From: an uncultured Armatimonadetes bacterium
GTDB taxonomy: Bacteria > Armatimonadota > UBA5829 > DTJY01
Direction of reading: 5' to 3'
Assembly: GCA_963717145.1 (NCBI GenBank)
Contig: OY970325.1
Span: forward strand, 3,232,001-3,296,000
DNA length: 64,000 nt
Under the pieces are notes generated by a model. That model saw nothing but the letters and a program-made list of their open reading frames with translations. It made no database searches and had not been told where the DNA came from. Both the position numbers and the translations under genes were made by a program. Shown in pieces: positions 49,897 to 60,726 of this stretch. Each line of letters opens with the position of its first letter. Position 1 is the stretch's first letter.

Positions 49897-52054
49897 GTGG
49901 GTGCATTCCTGGACAAGCACCAGAGCACGGTCATCGTCCTCTGCCTCGCGACCCTTACTCTCGCAGTTTTCTTCCAGGTCACAGGGCATGAGTTCCTCAA
50001 CTACGACGACAACCTCTACGTCGCTGCGAATCCCCACGTCAACAGCGGCCTGAATTCCGCGAATGTGGCGTGGGCGTTCGGCGCCTTCCGCGCCGGGAAC
50101 TGGCATCCCCTCACATGGATCTCCCTGATGCTCGACGCGTCGGTCTTCGGGAAAGAAGCCTGGGGCTTCCATCTCATGAATCTGCTGCTCCACATCGCCA
50201 ACGTGCTCCTGCTCTTCGTCCTCCTAAGCCGAATGACAGGACTGGCATGGAGAAGTGCGTTCATCGCCGCTCTCTTCGCGATCCATCCGCTGCACGTCGA
50301 ATCCGTCGCATGGATCGCCGAGCGGAAGGACGTCCTGAGCACGCTGTTCTGGCTGCTGACGATGCTCGCGTATGTCGGCTACACGCGCAGGCCCTCGTTG
50401 CCGAGGTACGCCGGCGTCGTGGTGCTCTTCGCGCTCGGACTCATGGCGAAACCGATGTTGGTGACGCTTCCGTTCGTCCTGCTGTTGATGGACTACTGGC
50501 CGCTGGGACGAATCAGCGCGTTCCGTAGGGGAGGCCTTCGACGGCCTCCCGCTACGGGCGACCACGGAAGGGTCGCCCCCTCGGAAACCGGGAGGCCGTT
50601 GAAGGCCTCCCCTGCGGCACTCATCCGGGAAAAGGTCCCGCTCCTGATCCTGGCCGCCGGATCGTGCATCGTCACCTACACCGCCCAGCAAGCAGGGGGC
50701 GCGATGGCAGGTTTCCATGGCGTACCGTTTGGGCTGCGGGTGGAAAACGCGCTTGTCTCGTACATGATCTACATCGCAAAGACGCTGGTTCCGATCCGAT
50801 TGGCTGTCTTCTATCCCTACTCCGGGTCGATCCCATCGTGGGAGATCATCGCGTCGATCATGCTTCTGGCGGGGATATCGTATGCGGTCTATCGGTTGCG
50901 AAACGGCAGGCCCTACCTGGCCGTCGGATGGTTGTGGTTCCTCGTGACGCTCGTGCCGGTGATCGGGCTGATCCAGGTCGGCCAGCAGTCGATGGCGGAC
51001 CGGTACACGTATGTGCCGCTCATCGGGTTATTCATGATGGTAGTGTATGGGAGTATGGGAGTGTGGGAGTATGGGCGAGGGCGGCCCGACACGCCCAAAC
51101 CCCCATACTCCCATACCCCCATACTCTCCCTCGTCGCCATTGCCGTTCTCTCGATCCTCTCCTGGCGGCAGGTCGGATTCTGGCGGGACGACCACACACT
51201 GTTCACGCACGCGCTGGCGGTGACGACGCGCAATCACCTGGCGCACGCGAACCTCGGGGTGGCCCAGTACGACGCCGGCAATCTGGACCAGGCGCTCGAT
51301 CACTTCCGGCAAGCGGTGGAGATCAAGCCGAACGAAGCCGTGGCCCAGTGCAGCCTTGGGACGGTCTTGATGAAGCTTAACCACACCGACGATGCCGTCG
51401 AGCATCTCGAGGCGGCCGTTCGCCTCAACAACGACCTGGAGGAGGCGCATAACAACCTGGGTGTTCTCTACTCCGGCCAGGGTCAGCATGAACAGGCCGT
51501 CACTCACTATCGGGAAGCGCTTCGGATCGACCCGGACAGTGCTGACGCTCACTTCAACCTGGCAGCAGCCTTGGCCGCATCCGACAATCCTCAGGATGCG
51601 ATCAGGGAATACTGCGAGGCGATCCGATTGAATCCGGACGATCCCGCAGCGCACAACAACCTCGGAGGCATCTACGCTCGGCTTGGGCGAAGGCAGGATG
51701 CCGTGGTCGAGTTCAAGGTGGCGCTGAGACTGAGATCCCCAGAATGCGAGCGCCATAGCGAATCTCGAAAAGGCTCTCGGCGGCAGGGGCCGTTCCGATG
51801 CGGCGTCGGAGAGCAAGCTCGGCGATGAGGCGATGCGCACGAGCGACTGGGGTGGAGCCATCAAGCACTACTGCAGGGCGCTGGAGGCCGAGCCGGGTCG
51901 GGTGCAGATCCGAAACAACCTGGCGGCGGCATACTACTTCGGCGGCCTGTACGACCAGGCGTGGAAGCAGATCCGCCTGTGCCGAAAGTACGGTGGCACG
52001 CCCAGGCCGGAGCTTGTCAGGCTGCTGTCCGAGAAGACGCCCGAGCCGCAATGA
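49897..52054 (+). CDS. Multi-TM (GT-C/TMTC-like) protein with C-terminal TPR repeats; frameshift(s) ~51730-51800
   Basis: NYDD, NWHPLT, HPLHVESVAWIAERKD, ADRYTY, followed by several TPRs. Confidence 0.85.
50521..50617. repeat. GTAGGGG-type REP doublet located in frame inside the TPR gene
   Basis: CCGTAGGGGAGGCCTTCGACGGCCTCCCG ... CGGGAGGCCGTTGAAGGCCTCCCCTGCGG. Confidence 0.85.
51043..51126. repeat. Inverted octamer repeat (GAGTATGG)n/(CCATACTC)n in frame inside the TPR gene
   Basis: Same family as the intergenic copy at 26878-26963. Confidence 0.85.
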
Positions 52055-52192
52055 AGGCCAACCGGCAACGAATGTCGAACGAATAAGCGAATCATGCCCA
52101 TACCACTTGCACGATGCGCCGACGACAGGAGTCGTCAGGGTATCACACACGTGGCGGAGGGTTGCCGGGTAGAATTCGGGAGGAAGAGACAT

Positions 52193-53584
52193 ATGGCACA
52201 TGAGATATCGAGAAGAGAATTCCTGAAGGGGTCGCTGGCGGGGGCGGCGTGCCTCGGACTGGGCGGGCTGTCGATCCCGGCGCTCGCCGGGTCGCAGCGG
52301 AAGCCGAACTTCGTCATCATCTTCTGCGATGACCTCGGCTACCAGGATGTCGGCTGCTTCGGGTCGCCTTTGATCAAGACCCCGAACATCGACCGCATGG
52401 CCGCTGAAGGCATGAGGTTCACCGATTTCCATTCCGCCGCGCCGGTATGCACTCCGAGCCGGGCCGCGCTGATGACCGGGTGCTATCCCCAGCGCGTCAA
52501 CCTGCCACAGGTCATCAACTACAGCCACACGATCGGCATCAGTTCCAAAGAGATCACCATGGCCGAACTGCTCAGGGGCCAGGGATACGCGACGGCCTGC
52601 ATCGGGAAGTGGCATTTGGGCTGGCAGAAGGAGTTCCTCCCGACGCGGCACGGTTTCGACTACTACTACGGCCTCCCATACAGCAACGACATGAAGTATG
52701 AGGATGATCGGCTTGCTCCGTTGATCCGCGGCGAGGAGATCCTCGAGCACCCGGCGGTTCAGGAAACACTCACCCAGCGGTATACCGATGAGGCGATCCA
52801 GTTCATGACGAAGCACAGGGACGAGCCGTTCCTTGTTTACCTGCCGCATACCTTCCCGCACAAGCCGCTCCACGTATCGAAGGAGTTCGCCGGCAAGTCC
52901 GCCCGCGGCCTCTATGGCGATGTGGTGGAGTGCATCGATTGGAGCACCGGCCGAATCATGGACGCGATCAAGGAGTTGGGCCTCGATGACAATACCGTGG
53001 TGGTATTCACATCGGACAACGGGCCATGGCTGATCATGAAGGAAGAGGGCGGCAGCGCGCTTCCGCTCCGGAAGGGCAAGGGTACGACCTGGGAGGGCGG
53101 TATGCGCGAGCCGACGATCATGCGCTGGCCCGGGCACATCCCGGCGGGTACGGAGTGCTCCGAACTGGCTACGATGATGGACCTCTACCCGACCTTCGCC
53201 GGGCTCTCAGGCGCGAAGTTGCCGACGGACCGCGTGATCGACGGGAAGGATATACGGCCGCTGATGGAGGGCAAGCCGGGCGCGGTATCGCCTTACGAGG
53301 TGTTCTACTACTACAGAGCGGATGAGCTTCAGGCGGTCCGCTCGGGCAAGTGGAAGCTCGTCCTGCCGCACACGGATCAGCCGGACAAGGAGAGTATCCC
53401 TCTGTCGCTCTACAACCTCGACGCCGACATCAGCGAGGCGACGAACGTCATCGACAAGTACCCGAGCATCGTCGCGCATCTGCAGAAGTACGTCGAGCAG
53501 GCGAGAGAGGACCTTGGAGATAAGACGACCAATGTCGTCGGCAAAGGCCGACGGCCTTGCGGGCAGCTTGCGCCGGCAAAGTAG
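52193..53584 (+). CDS. Tat-exported arylsulfatase (Cys-type)
   Basis: SRREFLK Tat motif, DDLG, CTPSRAALMTG, GKWHLG and SDNG. Confidence 0.93.
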   Translation: MAHEISRREFLKGSLAGAACLGLGGLSIPALAGSQRKPNFVIIFCDDLGYQDVGCFGSPLIKTPNIDRMAAEGMRFTDFHSAAPVCTPSRAALMTGCYPQRVNLPQVINYSHTIGISSKEITMAELLRGQGYATACIGKWHLGWQKEFLPTRHGFDYYYGLPYSNDMKYEDDRLAPLIRGEEILEHPAVQETLTQRYTDEAIQFMTKHRDEPFLVYLPHTFPHKPLHVSKEFAGKSARGLYGDVVECIDWSTGRIMDAIKELGLDDNTVVVFTSDNGPWLIMKEEGGSALPLRKGKGTTWEGGMREPTIMRWPGHIPAGTECSELATMMDLYPTFAGLSGAKLPTDRVIDGKDIRPLMEGKPGAVSPYEVFYYYRADELQAVRSGKWKLVLPHTDQPDKESIPLSLYNLDADISEATNVIDKYPSIVAHLQKYVEQAREDLGDKTTNVVGKGRRPCGQLAPAK

Positions 53585-53628
53585 ATAACCGCCAAGACGC
53601 CGGGAACGCCAAGAAACCCTGGACGTGA

Positions 53629-53719
53629 CGCGGGCTGGAGTACAACTCCAGCCCGAACACATGGTTTGTTCCGTTCGTCCCCAACGACTGTTCGGGCTGG
53701 AGTTGTACTCCAGCCCGCG
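53629..53719. repeat. REP-like doublet CGGGCTGGAGTACAACTCCAGCCCGAAC
   Basis: Two inverted hairpin copies; same family as 18633. Confidence 0.85.
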
Positions 53720-53756
53720 CCCCTATCTCGCGGCGGGAGCGGCCGTTCCCTGCGGA

Positions 53757-54776
53757 TCATTCCATGGCCTTGCTTCTCTTTTCCCGCTTATCGAGGAGGC
53801 CCTTGACCTCCGGGTCGTCCGGGATCGAGGCGTCGATGTGGATCACTTCCCCCTTGCAGCTCATCAGCGTGTACTCCCCCGACTTGGGGTCGCGACGGAA
53901 GATCAGCTTCGTGCGGCCCACGTATTCCCCATATGCGCCGGCCTGCACGACCGGCACTGCGCCGAGCGAGAAAGCCGTGCGTCGACCCGCGGAGACCATC
54001 GTCGGGGTCCTCAGCAGCGTATGAGAGTGCGCGCCGAGGATGATGTCGATCCCCGGGACCGCCTGCGCAAGCTGCGTGTCAGGGTTCACTCCAAGGTGGC
54101 TCAGCAGTACGACGATATCCGCCTGCATCCTCATCTCAGGGACGAGCTTCGCCGCGACCTCGATAGGCGGGAGTGTCCTGAGACCGAGTTCCGGCACCCC
54201 AATGTACAGCGCGGGGTTCGCGTCCGCCACATCGTTCATCAGTCCGAAGAAGGCGATCCGCACGCCCTGCACATCCTTGATCGTGTAGGGCGGAAGGAAC
54301 GTCTCGCCACTCGCCGTGTTGACCATGTTCGCGCAGACCCAGGGGAAGTCCGAGTGCTCGATCATGGCCCTGAGTTGCGGACCGCTCAGTTCGAAATCAT
54401 GGTTGCCAAGGACGGCCGCGTCGTAACCAGTCGCGTTCATGACCGCCACGTCGGCGAGGCCCTGATATCCTCGGCCACCGAAGGGATGCTTCCTGTACGT
54501 AGTATCGCCGGAATCGGTCAGCAGGACAGGTGTGCTCATCTCGTCGCGGACTCGGCGGATGACCGTCGCCCGACGAGATGCGCCGCCGACGCCATCGACC
54601 GTGGGGACGCTCTTCGACGGATCCTGCTGGATGTCCCACGGGAGGAGGCGCGAGTGTACGTCGTTCGTCGTGAGGAAGGTGATCTCGAAGTACAGAGGCT
54701 GCGGGCCCGATACCACCGTCGACGGGACGACCAGTGCGATCAGGAGCAGGACTGCAATACCGCATTTCGATTTCAT
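53757..54776 (-). CDS. 5'-nucleotidase-type metallophosphoesterase (N-terminal catalytic domain only)
   Basis: TNDVH, DSGD, GNHDF, LSHLG and GAHSH motifs; signal peptide. Confidence 0.85.
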   Translation of the reverse strand: MKSKCGIAVLLLIALVVPSTVVSGPQPLYFEITFLTTNDVHSRLLPWDIQQDPSKSVPTVDGVGGASRRATVIRRVRDEMSTPVLLTDSGDTTYRKHPFGGRGYQGLADVAVMNATGYDAAVLGNHDFELSGPQLRAMIEHSDFPWVCANMVNTASGETFLPPYTIKDVQGVRIAFFGLMNDVADANPALYIGVPELGLRTLPPIEVAAKLVPEMRMQADIVVLLSHLGVNPDTQLAQAVPGIDIILGAHSHTLLRTPTMVSAGRRTAFSLGAVPVVQAGAYGEYVGRTKLIFRRDPKSGEYTLMSCKGEVIHIDASIPDDPEVKGLLDKREKRSKAME

Positions 54777-54782
54777 TGCCAA

Positions 54783-55466
54783 CTACTCGATCACCCTGGT
54801 CTCGATGCTGCCGCTTCGAGTGGCTCGCTGCGCCATCATCGGAACGCCGAAGTAGCTCGGATAGGCGGTCTTCGAAGTATTGATGTCGAGAATCGTGGCG
54901 ACCTGCGCCCTCCCAAAGATGTGCGTCGTATACATGAGGTCGCTGCTGTTCGGACTGTGGCCGCCGATCCCGAGCGCATGCCCCAACTCGTGGGCGATCA
55001 GCGCCTGGATATCAATCGGAGCGGTCGGGCCTTCGGAATCGCTGATCGCGATCTTGATGGTGGCGGAGAACATCGTGCCGGAATCCGAGAAGAAGTTGAA
55101 GCTCGTCCGACCGTAGGTGCTTCCTCCAAGCTCACTCTGATCGACGAACCGGACCGTGACGTCCGCTGATGGCGACGTGACCACTCGGATCATCTGCAAC
55201 TCGCTGTTCCATTCGTCGGCACCGTCATGCTGAACGGTTCCATAGTTGGCGAGCCAGTTGGCGGGGAGTTCGAACCTGGCGGTCATCGGCAGGTGGTCCC
55301 AGTGGTAGAGCGCTCCGTCGAGCGCCGGGACGTAGTTCGGCGTGAAGAGCGTGGCGTCGATCACCCATCCGCGGATGGATGAAACCCCTCCGCCGCATCC
55401 GACGAGCGATGAGAGCAGCGCGATTGCCGCCAGTACGAGCAGAATCCGAGGTACCCGTGAGGTCAA
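54783..55466 (-). CDS. Matrixin-family zinc metalloprotease lipoprotein
   Basis: Lipobox LVGC; HELGHALGIGGHS...DLM (Met-turn). Confidence 0.85.
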   Translation of the reverse strand: MTSRVPRILLVLAAIALLSSLVGCGGGVSSIRGWVIDATLFTPNYVPALDGALYHWDHLPMTARFELPANWLANYGTVQHDGADEWNSELQMIRVVTSPSADVTVRFVDQSELGGSTYGRTSFNFFSDSGTMFSATIKIAISDSEGPTAPIDIQALIAHELGHALGIGGHSPNSSDLMYTTHIFGRAQVATILDINTSKTAYPSYFGVPMMAQRATRSGSIETRVIE

Positions 55467-55650
55467 GTGCTCCTCCCCAATTGGTATGCAGCCGATTCCC
55501 ATGTGGGCGCGGGGGGTTCGAGCCACAGCATCACAAGCTGCTGAGCATAGTGTATCACGGGGACAGAGGATTTCGCAAGCCTCGGAATGAAGGTCTTGGA
55601 GCAGTCGAGCGTCAAATGTGGTGCGAGTACCTTTGGTATCGGAGGACATT

Positions 55651-56319
55651 ATGAAGCCACTCGTGTGTGTAATCGCCTTGTGCATCATCAGTTGCACGTC
55701 TGTCTGCATGGCGGACGCCCCGGTGACGCCGAAGGAGCCGACCGCGCTGGAGAAGCAGTACCAGGCCGACCTGGAGCGGATCGCCGCGGCCATCATCAGT
55801 CTGTCCGAGACCAAGAGCCGGCTGCTGGTCGATCAGGCATCGGGCGCCCAGCCGACGGGCTTTCTCACGCGTCATATCGACTGGGGCAATATGCCGTTTG
55901 TCACCGTCTACCCGGTGTCGGCGCCCGTGCTCACGAACCTGAAGGACGTCGGTCCGGGCCGGGTCTTCGGGGCGGTACGGATTCTGCCTGAGAGCACGAA
56001 CCCGGAGAAGGCATCGACCGCCAAGCCGGGGGTCTACCTGCTGCTCAAGTTCGACGAGCGGTGGCTGGGAGTCCCCAAGGAGGGCAAGCCTCGGTACGGC
56101 GTCTGCCTCGTGGAGGTCTCGGGCGACGCGAGGTCCGGCTTCACGTACAAGAAGGCGCTCGATACCTATGGGACGGCGGACTCCTCACCGGTGAAGATCA
56201 CCTTTGGCGAGGCTGAGGGCGGTCCAACTCGGGCGAGGGCCAGGCTGCTCTACCCGCAGGAGAAGGACATGATCCTGTACGAGTTCGTCGTGGACCTAGT
56301 CGGGCTGATCTTCGTCTAG
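55651..56319 (+). CDS. Secreted hypothetical protein
   Basis: GGAGG RBS, signal peptide, typical codon usage. Confidence 0.65.
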   Translation: MKPLVCVIALCIISCTSVCMADAPVTPKEPTALEKQYQADLERIAAAIISLSETKSRLLVDQASGAQPTGFLTRHIDWGNMPFVTVYPVSAPVLTNLKDVGPGRVFGAVRILPESTNPEKASTAKPGVYLLLKFDERWLGVPKEGKPRYGVCLVEVSGDARSGFTYKKALDTYGTADSSPVKITFGEAEGGPTRARARLLYPQEKDMILYEFVVDLVGLIFV

Positions 56320-56573
56320 CGGGAGCGTCGGTGGTAGCGGAACCAGAGGGCGAGGTCGGCGGTCACCATCAGGCCGTTCAGGGCATAGAGCCAGACGACG
56401 GCGTCCGGCCGGAAGATCAGCTTGTGGGCGATCCCGCCGGCGTATCCGACGATGACGAGCGCGAGGAAGATCGGGCTCTTCCCGACGACGTTTTTCGTCT
56501 TCCAGGTCCGATGGAGGGAGCACGGCCAGCTCGCCCCGAAGCACAGAAGCATGATGATCTCGAATGGACTCAT
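56316..56573 (-). CDS. Small 3-TM PQ-loop/SemiSWEET-like membrane protein
   Basis: FEIIMLLCFGASWP...KTKNVVGKS; AGGAG RBS. Confidence 0.65.
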   Translation of the reverse strand: MSPFEIIMLLCFGASWPCSLHRTWKTKNVVGKSPIFLALVIVGYAGGIAHKLIFRPDAVVWLYALNGLMVTADLALWFRYHRRSR

Positions 56574-56642
56574 TGTGGACTCCTGTTGCGTGCTGAGTCC
56601 ATTATAGCGCAAATGCCTCGTTGGCGTGAGCGCTCGTCGGTC

Positions 56643-57200
56643 TCAGGTAGTCCCGGGGACGGGATGATAGGCGGAGTAGCCTTCCGGGGGCGGCTGGGCG
56701 TTCCTCATGCGGATGATTGAATAGCCGAGCGTGGAGTGGATCACCGACTCTCTGAGCTTCCAGAGCGAAGGCATCATCCTCAGCTCCACGTTGTGACCGG
56801 CAATCTCGGACACGATGTCCGTGATCTCCGTCTCCCCGGCAGGTCTCACAGGCTCGCGTGATATGTAGTAACCGGCGATGTCGTCGGCGAGCGCAAATCC
56901 TGCGGGGTTGAACTCATACTGGTAGATGCGCTCCGCACGGATTCGCTCTACCCAGGCGCTCTCCACGGCGATCACCCGGTCGGCGCTGGTGTGGCCGAAG
57001 AAGCGCTCGACATCCGACGGGTCGGTGTCGTCGCGGACGTAGAAGGTCACCCTGGGGCAGTCTCTCGGGAGCAGGTAGTTGGGAAGGTGCTCGCGGTCTA
57101 TCGCCCAGACGACAGCCTCCTCCTCGAAGCCGTGCCCGCCGGTCCGCGGCTCAAACACCTCGATCCCCGCTTGATCGCTGATGTGGTAGAGATTGGTCAT
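56643..57200 (-). CDS. Conserved hypothetical protein (DUF6886-like)
   Basis: LYHISDQAGIEVFEPR...VVWAID...NYLLPRDCPRVTF...YSIIRMRNA. Confidence 0.65.
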   Translation of the reverse strand: MTNLYHISDQAGIEVFEPRTGGHGFEEEAVVWAIDREHLPNYLLPRDCPRVTFYVRDDTDPSDVERFFGHTSADRVIAVESAWVERIRAERIYQYEFNPAGFALADDIAGYYISREPVRPAGETEITDIVSEIAGHNVELRMMPSLWKLRESVIHSTLGYSIIRMRNAQPPPEGYSAYHPVPGTT

Positions 57201-57225
57201 GGCTCCAGTCATATCCCAGCGCTTA

Positions 57226-57618
57226 CTACTCGAGCCAATCCTCGATCTTGAGGCTTGGGATTCGGAGAAAGCCCTTGTCATGGGTAACCAGCGTCAGGCC
57301 GTGGCAAAGAGCGGTCGAGGCGATGAAGAGGTCGTTGTCTTCCAGGAGTTGGCCGGCAGCCCCGAGTTGTGCCTTCAGGACACCGTATTCGAGGGAGACT
57401 CTTGCGTCGACCGGGAGGATAGTGGCATCACTCATGAAGTGTTGAAGCCTGAGTATCTCCTGGGCGGGACGCGAGCTGTGCATGGCACCGTAAGCCATCT
57501 CGCCGATTGTGACAGCCGATACGTATACCGTGGATTGGCCGAGCGCTTGAATGCGATCGGTAACTCCTCGCCGTGTAGCCAGGAAATCCACGCAGACGTT
57601 AGTGTCAAGTAGGTACAC
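57226..57618 (-). CDS. vapC: VapC PIN-domain toxin
   Basis: YLLDTNV, TIGE and DNDLFIASTAL...LVTHDKGF. Confidence 0.9.
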   Translation of the reverse strand: MYLLDTNVCVDFLATRRGVTDRIQALGQSTVYVSAVTIGEMAYGAMHSSRPAQEILRLQHFMSDATILPVDARVSLEYGVLKAQLGAAGQLLEDNDLFIASTALCHGLTLVTHDKGFLRIPSLKIEDWLE

Positions 57619-57624
57619 TTCAGG

Positions 57625-57813
57625 TTATCTCGATGACCGTCGTGAACTGAAGATCTCGTGCTTGATATGCTCGATCTCTTCGTCCGTCATGTGGCTCCAA
57701 AGACCGGCGGATCTCATCAGCCTGGCGGCGGTACCTTTCGGTGGCAACGGGGATCGCTTGGGTGTTGTCTTCCCCTCAGAAAGCTTGTCGTGTTTTGCGG
57801 CTGTTCGAGGCAT
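57625..57813 (-). CDS. Putative VapB-type antitoxin
   Basis: 62-aa ORF with GGAGG RBS ending just upstream of vapC; AGLWSHMTDEE acidic C-terminus. Confidence 0.65.
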   Translation of the reverse strand: MPRTAAKHDKLSEGKTTPKRSPLPPKGTAARLMRSAGLWSHMTDEEIEHIKHEIFSSRRSSR

Positions 57814-57904
57814 AGAATGATCCCTCCGTTCCTATTGTACCACACCATCCGAGAAACGCAAATGGCTGGCAACTTGTTGGATGGTTGGGAATACCGCGCA
57901 CGCT

Positions 57905-60692
57905 TCAGAGTGGCATCGGTAGTGAGCCCTTCACCCAAGAAACATGCTCAAGATCGTCCCATAGCCATCGGTAAGCTAGGTCTGTCGCGGGTGTGGGGCC
58001 GAACACCCTTACGCCTTCGTGTCGCCGCCGCCAACCAAGCCATGGGGCATTTGGTCTCAGCGTGGTCATCTTCTGCCGCAGAGATTCTCGAAGCTCATCA
58101 CATACGAGCTGTGTTCTGCATCCAATCTCGATGCAGACGCACTTGGCTTCAGTTGCCGGCAGAGGCTCGAGATGCCACATAAGCGTCGGTCCACCGGCAT
58201 ACCCCTTGTGCTCCTCTGTGTCACTAAGTATGCCCACCAAGACGTGCTGGCATTAACGCATAGGTATGCAGGTGCGTAGCGAAGCGCTCGAACCATGTAT
58301 CCACTAGCTGCGTGTATATCTCCATGGCTCCACTGTACACCGCCCGTGTACGGGATAGCAGGGCCGAAGCACTGTACGGACTCCAAACCCATGGAGCAGA
58401 GCGGTTCTCGATACTGAGATCAGAACCCGGCCAAGGCGGGCGCAGGTGATCCTCGCCACGCCTCACTAGATCGTCAAGATGACTCACCAATGGCTCAGGC
58501 TCGTATATGCTGCGCCCCAGCCCCAAGACTACTGTGATACTCTCGATTGGCTCAGGACTCTCTTTGCGTATCCTCCGGTTGGAGTTCTCTATCTCAGCAA
58601 TCTTGCGCTGCAGTTGCCAAATGGGAATGGGAGTGTCGCGCAACGATCCCATGTCCATGAGTGCCAGTGCCATCCTCCAAGCAGCTTCCTTCACAAAAGT
58701 CTCACAGTCTATTGGCAGAGCACGCTTCTTGAGTGCGCTGGATAGATTGGCAACAAGTTCTTCATGGGTCCACTGCCATGCCCAAGCCGACTGCTCACAG
58801 ATCGACGCCCACCTAATGCTGGGGTAGTCGCGTGATGGTAGATGGGGCCCTAGCTCAAGTTGGTGGACATCTTCCTTGTCGCCACCGGAATACCATGCAA
58901 CATCGAGCGACTGGGCATTTGTGGCGACGCCTACCGATTGCAGGGTGCCATCGCGTCTGAGCGGTGCAACTAGCTGTGCCAGAGGTCCAAGGCCTTTCAC
59001 CCACGCACCCATAGCTTCTCTTAACCTTCGCCCACACTCATCTGCGGTTGGCATTGCCCCTTCGGACGAAAGCCCCCTCTTGGCAATGCCCTCCGCAATC
59101 ACTTCAGCGGCAAATGCAGGACGTATCTCAGCAAGAGGTGTTAGCACACTTGACACGGCATCGTGGTTTCCCGTCGCGGCAAACACTGCAAGTGGGTAGC
59201 GCCAGCGATCAAGTCGCCGGGGATCTCCGATGATGGCCGATATACTCACTCCCGCTGTGCCAAGGCCCTGAGCGGCGAACCACTCGGCGAAGACGGGCAG
59301 CGCAAAAGACAACAGACCTGATCGTAGCACGACCAGGCGGGTATCGAGTAACGACTGCACCTCGATAGTGGTACCGATCTCCGAGCTAGGTACGGCTCCG
59401 CCTCTATCCGTGTTGAGAACAGCTAGTCGGATGAGATGGGTAGCCGATGTCCGAATGCCACTGGTAGCTCTAGCTAATGCACGCTCAACGACATGTGATA
59501 TCATCTCCCCTGTTGAGCGGGGCGAAGCCGCTTGGCGGCGTCTGAGAAACATCCCGTACAGGACTGCGAAAAGCGGATAGTGAACGGCCTTGCGCACAGA
59601 CGGCGGCAGGATGTTGAATGAGTATGAGGACGTCTCATCTCCGGTACACCAAGTGATCAGACTCGCTACTTCATCATCGGTCAGTTCTGGAACCCGCACC
59701 TTCTCTGCGGCCTGCTCCACCTCAGGCAGTGGACGGCTTGTCATGATCACCCTGGTAGATGGCCAAGTATCGGCGATCGCCCGCGCCTCATCTCTGAGGC
59801 TTACCAAAGCATCCGATCCTACCTCATCAAGCCCATCCAGCACGATCACAGCGCCCTTCAGACCGGGGTTGCCCAGAGGCCGGGCTGCCTCTTCTACTGA
59901 TGCTCGCAGTCTGCCGACCGCCGCCCTCAAGTCACCCTCAGTGAGGTACACAGGAATAGGTGATCCGGAATCGTTCTGTGCTTTTCGAACTGCACCCTGA
60001 AACAACCGTTCGGCAGCCAAGGATTTGCCCGCTCCGATGTCCCCAGTCAGCACAACAACGAGCTTGCCGGCGCACTTGTCAAACCAGTCTCCAGGCATAC
60101 CAATCGATGGATCGTCAGCCAGGCACGCGGCTTCCTGCTCGGACAGACCTACAGCCTCCCAGCGGGATATACAGCGCGCCCGTGAGTAACGCGCCAGTTC
60201 TGCTAGCTTGGCGGGATGGCTCAAGAGATCATGGAGATCTGGTCGGTCTTCGGCGATGGCTGTCAGAATGGGAGCGCAATTCGAGTCCAGGACCTGGTTC
60301 TTGGGAACAAGGACTCTCCAGCCCCTATCGGACGTAATATGCGCGACGTCTCTTGTAATGCGAACCCAATAGCAGCGGTCGCTGTTAGTGTCGCACAGCA
60401 CTAGTACCACCGGCAGCGAGTGATTGAGCCAGTAGTTGAGATGGGAAATGTCCTCACGATGAACGAAACCAGCGTCTGTCTCCTCCCGGAAACGGCTGCT
60501 GCCTGATCTGATCTGCAAGGCGATGAGCCGCCCAGTGGCCTGTGAGTCTCTCAGGAGTTCAATATGGGCGTCAATACCCTTGTCATTGACCGGTTGCTCC
60601 CTGAACATCCATCCCAGATCCTTCGTGATGATCCGATCGACTAGGTTGACTCCTATCCTATCTGTCTGATTGTTGACACTCGGGAACTCCAA
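57905..60692 (-). CDS. DUF4365 (PD-(D/E)xK-like) domain + NACHT/STAND-like P-loop NTPase; frameshift ~58240
   Basis: FREQPVNDKGIDAHIE...IALQIRSG; Walker A GDIGAGKS; Walker B VIVLDGLDE; sensor MTSRP. ORF 57905..58240 continues it after a 1-nt indel; atypical codon usage. Confidence 0.75.
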
Positions 60693-60726
60693 AGACCAAC
60701 CCCCCAAAGATCGCTAGATCACTGGC

